Source: Amoebophrya sp. A120 (taxonomy: Eukaryota > Protista > Dinoflagellata). From it: DNA of 64,000 nucleotides. Position 1 is the stretch's first letter; each line of letters starts with the position of its first letter. This document shows positions 22,191 through 33,240 of this stretch, piece by piece. A model generated the notes under the pieces. It was not told the origin of the DNA and ran no database searches. It saw only the letters and a program-made list of their open reading frames with translations. The DNA lies in assembly GCA_905178155.1 (NCBI GenBank), contig CAJINV010000028.1:261746-325745 (forward strand), written 5' to 3'. Position numbers and translations under genes: made by a program.

Positions 22191-25133
22191 TCAGTCAGAA
22201 AGACCGGCTGCGCGACGGATGACCCGCTGAGCCTTTTTCGCCAACTCCTTCTGGTGCTTCGTGGGTTTCTTGGCGTACTGTTTGATCACGAGCTTCTGCT
22301 GGCGGTTCGGAATCGACACCGCAATTTTCTTGCCGGACGCGGACATGAGAGGCCACAGGCCAAAGAGTTCTTCCAACGGAGGCGCAGTGAGGCTCTTGTC
22401 GAGGGGCTGAAGATTTGGTCCGCCCTGGGTTATCAAATGTAAAAATGTCTGGGTCTGGAAGAGGAGAAGTTTGTCATGCACATTTTCCATGATCCATGAT
22501 GTCTGTGATGTATGCCATAGCATTACAGATCTTTTGAGCGCCTATCGATGCGCATCCTGCATGACAAATGCCCTGTCCGCGTAGCCAAATTTGACTCCTC
22601 TTGCTGCTCATGCAATACAGATTTTTTTAGCATCCAAATGCAGCATCACAAGTTTGGCTCTTCCAGACCCAGAAATATTTGCATTTGATATGGGTGGCCG
22701 CCACATCAGTGGAACGCAGGTAGTGGTGCGCCTCCACGGTCTGGTATCTCTTGGTCACCTTTCAAACGAAAAAATGTCTGGGTCTGGAAGAATGCATGTT
22801 TGTCATGCTCGTCTGGCGTGACTCTTAAATCTGTCATGCACGTTACCCAAGAGCTCCATTTTTCTGTGATGCAGAAACGCAGTTTGTCATGCAGAATAGG
22901 CAACACCTAGAAGCTCAGAAACTTGTCATGCTGAGTCAGCACTTGTGGCCCCATCATGAGACGCCACCCAGCATCACAAGTTTCATCCAGACCCAGACAT
23001 TCTTACATTTGATATCACCTTGCCCAACTTTTTGTTCGTCCTGATCTGGTCCACAATGTCCGCCATATGAAGTGTAAAAATGTCTGGGTCTGGAAGAATG
23101 CAACTTGTGATGCGCATTTCAGAACACACAAAAATCTCTCATGCATAGGTAGCAAAAGCTGCGCACTTTCTGTCACCAAAATGGGGGATTTGTCATGCGG
23201 GTTCGGCATTGCGGAAGCTTCTCGAAACCTGTGATGCTAGAGCTTCCATGACAGACCTTCTGTGTCATGCAGAAACAGCATGACTCTTCCAGACCCAGAC
23301 ATTTTTACAGTTGATACGCCAAGCGCGGGCGCGAATGCTGCGGCTGGCCGACACACTCGGAAATCCAGTCTCGCCAGAACTTGGGCATCCGTATCAAGTG
23401 TAAAAATGTCTGGGTCTGGAAACTTGTGATGCTGGGTGGCGTCTCATGATGAGGCCACAAATGCTGGCTCAGCATGACAAGTTCCTCAGCTTCTAGGTGT
23501 TGCCTAATCTGCATGACAAACTGCGTTTCTGCATCACAGAAAAGTGGAGCTCTTGGGTAACGTGCATGAGAGATTTGAGGCTCATGGCAGACAAGCATGA
23601 CAAAGATGCACTCTTCCAGACCCAGTCATTTTTGCACTTGATAATCCGCTGGAGGTGCGGAAACCCGGTCCCCACGGCTTTGTCAATCGACGTGCGGAAG
23701 GCAGTCAAGTGGTGCTGCGTCACGTGTTGGGTGTCAATGTTCTCGACGTAGCGGTCCCACTTGTAGCCCAGGGCGCCTTCCCGCTTACAGTCGACGGCGT
23801 GCCAAATCTGCGCGAGAATCATGCCGACCGCAAACACGTCGTTCTTGATGGTGTCGAAGGTCGGACCTCCGGGAGAGAGAAGCGTCTCCCACGTTTTATC
23901 ACAAGAAAAAAGTGTTACAGGTACACACTTGTTGGAGTTTCTGCATCACAAACTTTCGCTGTGTGGCAGGGAAACCTTGTAATGCGAAGATCATGAGGGA
24001 AAACAGGAAGGAAACGAGGCTCCCAAGCATTTCCTGCATGAGAAAGGTTATCTGTGTTGCCGGTCTTGCAACAAAATGTTTAACTGTAAGACTTTTTTCT
24101 TGCGATACATTTCCGGGCTTCCGTAGTACAACGTGCCGGCGGCACACTTCGAAGCTTTCGTGTTTTGCTTGCCCCAAGTTGCTATCCCTTGCAAATGTGT
24201 CTGCGTCTGGAATGTTGCCGGGTTTGTCATGCATGTTTTGCATGGCCGAGGATGTCTGTAATGCACGACCTAGCATCACAGATCTTTAGAGGGCTTCCTG
24301 ATGCCGACTCCGCATGACAAATGCCCTCCCCGCGTAGCACAAACTAGACTCCTCTTGCTGGTCATGCAATACAGACTTTTTTAGAGTCCAAAGTCAGCAT
24401 CACAAGTTCCAACCCTCCAGACCCAGACATTTTTGCATTTGATAGTTGCGCATCCCCAGTCGACCAGTTTTAAATGCCTGGATCTGCTCTCGACCAGGAT
24501 GTTCTCCGGTTTCAAGTCCCCGTGCGAAATACCGTGCTGCTTATGCAACAAGGCCACACTCTCCACTAATTCACAGCTCCACTGCATCGCCATGTCCACC
24601 GGCATGTACTCCTCGTCGACTTCGAGCCACTTCTCGAGAGTCTTTCCCTCTACCGTATCAATTCTCAACCCAACTGTGACTTTCGCGAGCTGAGACGCCG
24701 CAGTCTTGATCGCATTGTTCTCTTCGTCCTCTTCGGGCGGCACCGGTAGCACAGGCTGCTCGTCCGCTTTTTTGGAAGAGGATGCCGCACCGGACATCAG
24801 TGCGGAGTCATCCGTAGAGATGTTGCGCGCCTCCATGTCGTCGTGGTCTTCAGTGTCGGCCTTTGGCACTGGGGCAGCAGCGGATTTCTTCATCACTTTC
24901 TTTAGCGGCGGAGGGACCTCCTCCGCGGCCGCACCTTCGATCAAGGCAGAGGACAAGGGGGCAATCAAGTCGATCACGTCCGGCTGCGCGCTCAGGTACT
25001 CCAAAACCACCCGCTCTACGTACGCGTGTGCGCGGTGTGGCAGGCTCGTGAGCAGGTCTGCCGCGCGGTAGAACTTCCATCCGCCCTTTCTCTCCGTGGT
25101 GAAAGTCGCGAATGCGCCCTTTTTCGCTGACAT
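22191..25133 (-). CDS. Ser/Thr protein kinase (ePK fold), ~473 aa, 6 element introns
   Basis: Spliced product (1422 nt) has HGDLKPENIL (VIb), DWG (VII), GTLYYGSPE (VIII), NDVFAVGMIL (IX) and WISECVGQPQHSRP (XI) in the correct order. Confidence 0.92.
22431..22690. mobile_element. TIR intronic element, family A
   Basis: Family A TIRs; TSD TGGGT. Confidence 0.95.
22760..23014. mobile_element. TIR intronic element, family A
   Basis: Family A TIRs; TSD TCACC. Confidence 0.95.
23066..23316. mobile_element. TIR intronic element, family A
   Basis: Family A TIRs; TSD CGCCA. Confidence 0.95.
23392..23643. mobile_element. TIR intronic element, family A, inverted relative to 22760
   Basis: TSD ATCCG; interior is the reverse complement of the 22760-23014 type. 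Confidence 0.95.
23897..24107. mobile_element. TIR intronic element, family F
   Basis: TATCACAAGAAAAAAGTGTTACAG...CTGTAAGACTTTTTTCTTGCGATA; TSD CGTTT/CATTT. Confidence 0.92.
24183..24444. mobile_element. TIR intronic element, family A
   Basis: Family A TIRs; TSD GTTGC. Confidence 0.95.
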
Positions 25134-26029
25134 AGTTTCCAATTATGAACTGTTAAATTTACAACTCTTGGACGAGGACGAAGATGAGTTGTTCCTTCTT
25201 CTGGGCGATCTTGTTTGAAAAGGTGGACACAGTACTAGAAACAGACTCAGATGATGAAAAAACGACAAGAATTTGCGGTGGTTGAAAGATGAAAGCCCCT
25301 CACTATTTGCATATATTGACGTCAATGACAAGCACATAGGAACGTTTTCTTCTACACTTGTTCTAATCTACTATGGTGTCTGGTTTATTCCAAAGAAAAC
25401 TGCGATTGCCAGTTCTACAATACTAGGCACCACCAGAACTTATAGAAGAAGTGCACAAATCCAATCTGGAACTTGATCCGTTTGATGAGTTTTGCATTTC
25501 TCGCTGCGTCAATCAAAGGCAAGAAAGTCGCGGCGAGAAAGCTCCAAATCAAAAAGTCTTGGACGCAACAAGCCGGGCAAATCATGCACTATTCGTTTTA
25601 TTAGTTGCCCGTGCATTCGTGTTGGTGTTCCTCCTGGACGTGCGCATTCTTCCTCCTTCTCACAAAAAATGGCAAGCAACACCAATGATCGCGAAACATC
25701 AAAACTCATCGATAGATGACGAAGCTCTGCTGATCAAAAGTTCCTTTCTCATGATCGGGGCTACGAACTCTAATGGAGCATGACGCTTCGTGAAGATTGC
25801 GGATCGTCCGGGGTTCTTGATGTGGATGGACATGGATCATTGGATCTTCCTCTACGACATCCTGAAATAAAAGTTGGAACCTAGTCGGCTGGTTCGGCCA
25901 CGGGAACTCGCAAGGCAAAATCCGCATGTTCTGGGCGGCACAAAAAATCGCTCCTCAGAGCAAAACCTTCTCCTGATCTGATTATTGCTGCCGCAAGATC
26001 CCCAGGAAGATCCCCTGGAGACATTGCGA

Positions 26030-27062
26030 TAGCAATAATTAGGTGCGCGATGCACCGCATTTTCTGGGCCGCCCAAAAAAGCGACTCTGCGAGCAAAACC
26101 TTCTCCCGGTCTAATTTTTGCTGCCGCAAGGTCCCCAGAGGAGCTTGCGGCAGCAATAATTAGGTGCGGGAAGCGCCGATGTTCTGGGCGGCCCAAAAGA
26201 TCGGCCCTGCGAGCAAAACCTTCTCCCGGTCTAATTTTTGCTGCCGCAAGGTCCCCAGAGGAGCTTGCGGCAGCAATAATTAGGTGCGGGAAGCGCCGAT
26301 GTTCTGGGCGGCCCAAAAGATCGGCCCTGCGAGCAAAACCTTCTCCCGGTCTAATTTTTGCTGCCGCAAGGTCCCCAGAGGAGCTTGCGGCAGCAATAAT
26401 TAGGTGCGGGAAGCGCCGATGTTCTGGGCGGCCCAAAAGATCGGCCCTGCGAGCAAAACCTTCTCCCGGTCTAATTTTTGCTGCCGCAAGGTCCCCAGAG
26501 GAGCTTGCGGCAGCAATAATTAGGTGCGGGAAGCGCCGCATGTTCTGGGCGGCCCAAAAGATCGGCCCTGCGAGCAAAACCTTCTCCCGGTCTAATTTTT
26601 GCTGCCGCAAGGTCCCCAGAGGAGCTTGCGGCAGCAATAATTAGGTGCGGGAAGCGCCGATGTTCTGGGCGGCCCAAAAGATCGGCCCTGCGAGCAAAAC
26701 CTTCTCCCGGTCTAATTTTTGCTGCCGCAAGGTCCCCAGAGGAGCTTGCGGCAGCAATAATTAGGTGCGGGAAGCGCCGCATGTTCTGGGCGGCCCAAAA
26801 GATCGGCCCTGCGAGCAAAACCTTCTCCCGGTCTAATTTTTGCTGCCGCAAGGTCCCCAGAGGAGCTTGCGGCAGCAATAATTAGGTGCGGGAAGCGCCG
26901 ATGTTCTGGGCGGCCCAAAAGATCGGTCCTGCGAGCAAAACCAAAAAGGTCTAATTTTTGCTGCCGCAAGGTCCCCAGAGGAGCTTGCGGCAGCAATAAT
27001 CAGGTGCGGGAAGCGCCGCATGTTCTGGACGACCCAAAAGATCGGCCCTGCGAGCAAAACCT
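26030..27062. repeat. 120-bp tandem repeat, ~8 near-identical units with degenerate flanking units; each unit contains a 20-bp-stem hairpin
   Basis: CTAATTTTTGCTGCCGCAAG recurs at 26111, 26231, 26351, 26471, 26592, 26712, 26833 and 26951. Confidence 0.97.
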
Positions 27063-30000
27063 TCAACGACCTGCTAAATTTCTGCTATCACGAGGCCTTG
27101 CGATAGCAATAATTAGCTGGGGGATGTGCCGCATTTTCTGGGCGTTTTCTCGGGAGCTGAAAAAATTGGCTTGTTTGCGAGCAAAACCTCCGCAGACTTG
27201 ACTATATTTCTGCTACCACAAGGTACCCAGGGAGGTCCCCTTGGGCACTTGCGGAAGCAATAAATATTTAGGCGCGGGATGCGCCCCTCTTTCTTGGTGG
27301 GCCAAAGAATCGGCTTTGCGAGAAAAGCCTTAACCTGATTGAATTTTTGCGTATCGCAAGGTCCCCGGGCGGGTCCTCTTGGGTCCTTGCAACAGCCATA
27401 ATTAGGTGGAATAATAATGCAGCTTGACATTGGAGCAACCGCCCTAAACCCGCAGACAGTGGCAATGCCCTCAACGACGCGCTGTGTTCACAGTTCATTC
27501 TGACCTGTCTCAATGTAACAATGTACCCCCAAGTGAGGCCGCATTTCCAGGCAGCTAAGTATACACCATCATCCATACCACGACTTGCTGAAGGACTCTT
27601 CGTTGCAGCTAAAGCTTTCTTGCATGTTGCTACCGACCAAGTCATCTTTTTTAGTTCCTGTTAAAACTTCCTTGGCATACCGAATGGGCAACACCAACAT
27701 CGGCACAAACCGAGAACCGACTCGTCTTTTCGTAGAGTTGGAGCGCTGCTTTCGATGGCAGACACGATGATGTTCCGGTCACGATTTCAATGGGAGACAC
27801 GCTAATGGTCAATACCAGGCCTCGAACGTTGTGGAAAATAAAAGGAGAGAAGAAAACCATCGAAAAAACGCATCATCATCATGGCACTGCAAACGATGTG
27901 AATGGAACATGGACTACAGTAAACCGAGCCTGTGTTTGGGCATGCGTCCCGAAAGAATTGGGAAACAAGGCGGGCATCGCGACCATAGACGATTTGCGTG
28001 ATCTTTCTGGGGAACATCCACGGAACATTTGTGCATAAACGGACATTTGTGCATATCGGCGCTCAACATGGGACATGCAGATCGACATGCCGTTCTTTTC
28101 CATCTAGCTCAACATGGGAGGGGGCACACCAAAAGGGACATTCCTTATTTGCGATTTGTCAAAACTGTGGGTGATTTTTTTTCGAGGGCAACCACTCTGC
28201 GATACTAGTTCTTGTAACAACGTGTTAACGCGGAAGCATCCAACTTCCCTTGCTCAGTGGGTAGAGCGACATAAATATTTTTCCGTGTAAGTAGTTGTAA
28301 GACGGCCAATTGGTGAAAGCGTTCGAGTGTGTAACTGTTGAGATTAATAGGCAATTACTCATAGTAGAAACACAGTGATAGAAGAGTGGGCGTAAAAATC
28401 AGTTGGCGGAGAAACTTGCGCACAGTTGCTGCTAAACTATAAGCGCAGCATCGGCCAGCTAGTTACTCTCCGGAAGGAACGGTGTGGGGTAGCTGTCCGA
28501 ACTCATCAATGCACCAGTCGCCTCGCTCGATGAGGATGCATCCGTATTTGAGGAAACCTTCTGATCCGGCATCTTGTGGACGAACCTGCAGTTGTTTTTT
28601 TCTGGTTCTCATGGTTTTTGAACGGAAGACAAAATCCGGATGACAGCGCATGCACAAAAATGCAAAGGACACGTATGGAGAAGAAATCAGAAACAGAATT
28701 ACATCCGCAATATTATACTCTTCCCACATCTCGTTCGTGATGTTGATGACCGTAGTTGTCTCCTCGCTCTACTTTTCCTGTCCTCTACCGCCTTTCGGCT
28801 TTTTGGCATTGCGGTAGATCTTCAAAAACCCCCTCTGGGATGCGTCGTCCAACGCCTTGTTTGCCTCCTCCTTCGTGATGCCATGTTCGAGTGCGATGGA
28901 TTCCCACTTGGACTTTTCGATCATGATGCTCCCGGCAGCGAACACCGTCTCGTTGGCCCGCCCTTGCAAAATCTTCGTATGCAGTGCGAGTGAGCGACCC
29001 CCGAGATAGGCGGCACAAGTCCATCAACATGATATGTTTATTAGTAATGTAAAATTTCTGGCAGTGTTGATGATCCCAACGTAGTTCTGACGAAGTGTAA
29101 AGCAATACGCACAGGTGGGGGCGGCTCGCAGTGGCACGCGAACGTGATCACCGATGGCAGGGACCAAAGAACCCTTCGTGAGGCCCGCCACAGCAATGTC
29201 TTCTACCAAAGTGCCTCTACCTATCTTCCATATATTATACTGTAAGTATGAAATCAATAGGGTGCTCGCTGCTTCAGGCGAGCGCCGAACTGCTTAACAT
29301 AATATCTATGATGTTCCTGCTTGTAAATAGCTGGTGAATAGTGTTTCAATATAGGTATCTAAATAAAATCAAAACAGGAACCTTAAAACCCTTTGAACCC
29401 TCTAAACCCTTTCGGCTCCGGGTCGGAACAGGGGCGGAGAAGCGGGGGAAGAAACGCAGGACGCGGCACGGGAAAAGCCCGTTTCAGGTCCGAAGCTGGC
29501 GCGAAAAGATGCATGGTATGCAAATTCAAAGTGGAAAAGCAATGCCATAAAATAGGAATGATGAAGAAAAAAAAAAAAGAAGGACACCCTAGAAACTGAT
29601 TCCCAACCCAAAAAAAAACTGCTTGGTGCCAGCAGGGCCCAGGGAAAGCAAAAAGGGAGCAGCAACAGGAGAAGATAGTAAGAGTGAGTAGAAAATCAGT
29701 CGTGTGCTCGCTTCTTCAGGCAAGCGAGTGACCGTCTAACGTACTATCTATATTCCTGAGTAAAAAATCAAAAAGCGCTGAGCAAAGACAAAGACTTGTG
29801 CTCTGATCCGTATCTACAACTATAGCATCGTCTAGTAAAACACTCTATGACCTAAAAAGCGTCGATTAAAACATCACTCTATAAATATGTACGTATAAAA
29901 AAACACGAGACTGCTAGCAGAATGTCGTGCTCGAGAGTATCGTTTTCAACTATATAAACAAAGAGGGCGGGCCGGGGACAGGAACGGGCAAGGTAGCAAG

Positions 30001-30403
30001 GAATCGTGAGGAGAGGCGAAAGTGATGGAGCAGGCAAGCAATTCGATGTGACTCGATCCGATCGTCAGGGGCTTGTTGTGAACGTAGCTTTACACATTAC
30101 ACAGCAGCTCCCGTGAAGGTATAATATATCTTGCATTGATATGCCATAAAGGGGCAGCGTACACTGTGCAAAAAATATTGTTCATGGCGGTCGCGGTACG
30201 ACGAGCTTCCCGGACTAGAATAACTGTTCGAGGGGGGTCGCGCACTGCACTTTCTTACCGTTTCACACCGGTGCCGACTGGCTTCTTTTCGTCTTGTTCG
30301 ACGAGCCATTTCTTATTGGCGGCTCGCGATTTCACAACCTGTTTTACTTATGTGCAATGCGAGTTGTAATCTGTGCGCAGCTGCATTGCGCGGCGCCAGT
30401 GCA

Positions 30404-30647
30404 TATTCACTGCAACTATGTCTGGGTCTGGAAGAGCGCAGTTCTGTAATGCTTGTCTCGCATGAGTCTTGAAAATTTAATACGTGAGCATCTTGTCTGT
30501 CATGCAACCACGCAGTTTGTCATGCGGAGAACGAAACACAAAGGAGCTCAGATACTTCTCAAGCATGGCAGTGTACTGCAGTCGCGCGCCCACCATTCAC
30601 ACACTAGCATCACAACTTTCCAGATCAAAACATATTTGCAATGCATG
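30404..30647. mobile_element. TIR intronic element, family A
   Basis: Diverged TIRs; TSD GTGCA. Confidence 0.85.
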
Positions 30648-30743
30648 GTGCAATGAATGCGTGCCGCGTCAAACCAAATTAATACACAACAAAGTCGCCG
30701 CGAAGTAATTTCATCAACGTCATCATTATCATCATCTTTGTGT

Positions 30744-33240
30744 TTATTGTCCTAGTCCTTGAAATTGTATTGTAAAGTTGTGGTCTTTTCTCATCTTTTT
30801 CTGACTGGCACTGGACGTACATTCGCAGAGATAAAAAAACGCCAAGAAGCCAAAGAGCGGCGCAAAGCCAAAAAGTACTCTGAGCATCGCCTGTAGATGG
30901 CCATCCGGACGGTGGCTGATGTCTGGTTTGCGGTCCTCCTTCACGTCGACTGGCAACCGGCCCTCCCGTTCCCTTTTTTGGTCCAGCAGGAGAGCGTCCC
31001 TTTTAGCATATCAAATGCAAATATGTCTGATTCTGGAAGGTTCTGAGACTTGTCACGCACGTTTTGCATGAGCCATGTATGATGTCTGTGGTGCATGCCC
31101 TAACATCACAGATTTTTGAGGGATTCGCAAGCGCGATGTTTATTCTGCATGACAAATGCTATGCCCTCTCCGCGTAGCAAAAATTATCTGCCCTTTGCTG
31201 CTCATGCAGTACAGACTTTTTTGGAATCCACAGGCAGCTGCAGCACCACAAGCTGCATTCTTCCAGACCCAGACATAGTTGCATTTCGTATTGCGGTGGA
31301 GTAGACAATTCCGATGTCCAAGAGGAGGCGCTCCCGCGCTTCGATGCAGTTATGGAGTGCAAATATGTCTTGATCTGGAAGACTTGCGGTTTGTCATCCA
31401 TGCACACTTTGCATCACCCGTGAATTGATTCTGTGATGCAGGTCCTAGCATCATAACTGTTTTTGCGGGCTTCTCGATGCCTATTACGCATGAAAAATTC
31501 CCTCTCCGCGTAGCAAAAAGTACATTCCCTCTGCTGCTCATGCAATAGTACAGATTTCTTTCTCTTTGGAATCCAAGTGCAGCATTACAAGTTCTGTCTT
31601 CCAGAACCAGGCATATTTGCATTTGATAGCAGTCTCGGGTGTACGACGCCGCGGTGCCTGCCGCCGTTCGTTTATGCAACGAAAAAAGTGCTACAGTTAC
31701 ACACTTTGCTACAAGACATGTAAGACAGACGACCTCTGTCATGCGCAAAATGCTTGCGCGTCTCGTTTCGTGTGTGGTTTCCCTTGTGATCTCTGCATGG
31801 CAAGTTTTCTCTTTCGTGATGCGAGGCAATTTTTTCTGCTGACTTCACTACAAGCGTGTAACTGTAGCACTTTTGTCCTTGGATATCGTTCGGCGTCGTG
31901 ATAGTATTCGAGCGCCTCCGCGATGGCCGCCTTTTGATCCTTCACGACCAAACCCGTACACGGCATCGCACTGCAGTAGTGGTTAATATTGATGATGATG
32001 TAATAGTAAAGCTCCAGAGGGGCGCCGCGCGCTTGTGCAGCTATCTGCCACGAGCCAATGCTGACTTCTGCTGCCCATGCACTTGCGCAAAACATTGCCA
32101 CCCGAGGTTTCGAAACTGTGAAAACTCACCAAGAACGAAAAATGCGCCCAACCTAAAAAAATGGACTACTCTACTTCTATACCTAATCTGGAACGCCGAA
32201 GGAGCATGCGCCCCCAAAGTGCTCAGCGCTTCGGCCGCCGTGGGCCGTTTTCCGGGCGCACCATTTAAGGACGCCAGGACCACCTTCCGCATCCTCGACC
32301 CCGGTGCCTGGAGGATATCAAAAGGAAAAATCCCCCCTCCCCACATCGAAAAGGAAGTCTGTGATGCTGGATTTGCGTACACAAAACCAGCAGTTCGAGT
32401 ATTGCAGTAGAGGACTGCACGCAAATCGCGAGCCTAGCTAGGCGCCTTTTAGTGTAGCCGCCTAGAATGGTAGTAGCCGGCTGCGTGCCCTGTCGTCCAC
32501 CTTACAGCATTACAAATCGCCACCTGCATAACGTGGCGGACATCCTGCGTTTAGCTTCCTGCAAGACACGCGCGATTTGCGGTCACAAATCTGCATCGAA
32601 AATCAATTTTGAGGCGTATGCGTTTTCAATATGGGAAGGGGGGATTTTTCCTTGCGATAGAGGAACTGGTTAATTTCCAACGCTTTCTCCCGTAGTTTAT
32701 TCACTCGTTCTCCGGACCATCCCTTAACCTATACAGTGCAAATATGCCTGGGTGTGGAACGAAAACTGCAAGATTTGTCATGCTGGACAAGGATAGCTCG
32801 CAAGTTACTTACCCGTAGGCCACGCTTTGCTGCCATGCAGAAATGTTCTTAGTCATCATACTCCAGTAGATGCAACCGAGCTATTCGAAACCTCGTCATG
32901 CTTGGCCGTCAATTGAGGCCTCCTCGTGATTGATCCATCAGTGTCGCGAGGAGGTTCCAGCTGCAGACATATTTGCATTGCATATGACGGCTAAATTATC
33001 CCGCGGCATGTTCGGGGACACGATCAACGCTTGCAGGGCGTTGGATTCCCGCTCAGCCTCCAGGAAGCGCATCGACCCCCACGCAGCGGCGGGCAGGACC
33101 TGCGGCCAGGTACGGTCTGCTTCCTTCGCGAGGAGATGATCTTTTCCCGCTGCGAGAAGAAGCAGTTCTAAGGCGACCAATCCACACACGCCCACATCGT
33201 GTTTACGGAGGTCGATAAGTGTTGCTGGCTGAGCATTCAT
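30744..33240 (-). CDS. Multi-exon coding region (one or two genes); upstream part resembles a kinase C-lobe
   Basis: All five element junctions are in frame; KHDVGVCGLVALEL resembles subdomain IX and PGKRPTAAEAL resembles XI; no N-lobe found. Confidence 0.45.
31009..31290. mobile_element. TIR intronic element, family A
   Basis: Family A TIRs; flanks TAGCA/TTGCG. Confidence 0.85.
31351..31628. mobile_element. TIR intronic element, family A
   Basis: Family A TIRs; TSD GCAGT. Confidence 0.92.
31673..31885. mobile_element. TIR intronic element, family F
   Basis: TATGCAACGAAAAAAGTGCTACAG...CTGTAGCACTTTTGTCCTTGGATA; TSD TCGTT. Confidence 0.92.
32316..32659. mobile_element. TIR intronic element, family C
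   Basis: Family C TIRs; TSD GAGGA. Confidence 0.95.
32730..32984. mobile_element. TIR intronic element, family A, decayed
   Basis: TATACAGTGCAAATATG...CATATTTGCATTGCATA; flanks TAACC/TGACG; frame restored. Confidence 0.8.

Noticed and set aside
26030-27062. CRISPR-like palindromic repeats with spacers
   Set aside because: The intervening sequences are identical between units, there are no cas genes, and the context is eukaryotic.
25852-27066. ORFs of up to 261 aa in the 120-bp array, and similar ORFs in the 39-bp and 181-bp arrays
   Set aside because: They are by-products of repeat periodicity and shift frame between units.
28245-28330. tRNA-like TTGCTCAGTGGGTAGAGCG
   Set aside because: Only a D-arm-like motif; no acceptor stem or correctly placed anticodon and T arms.
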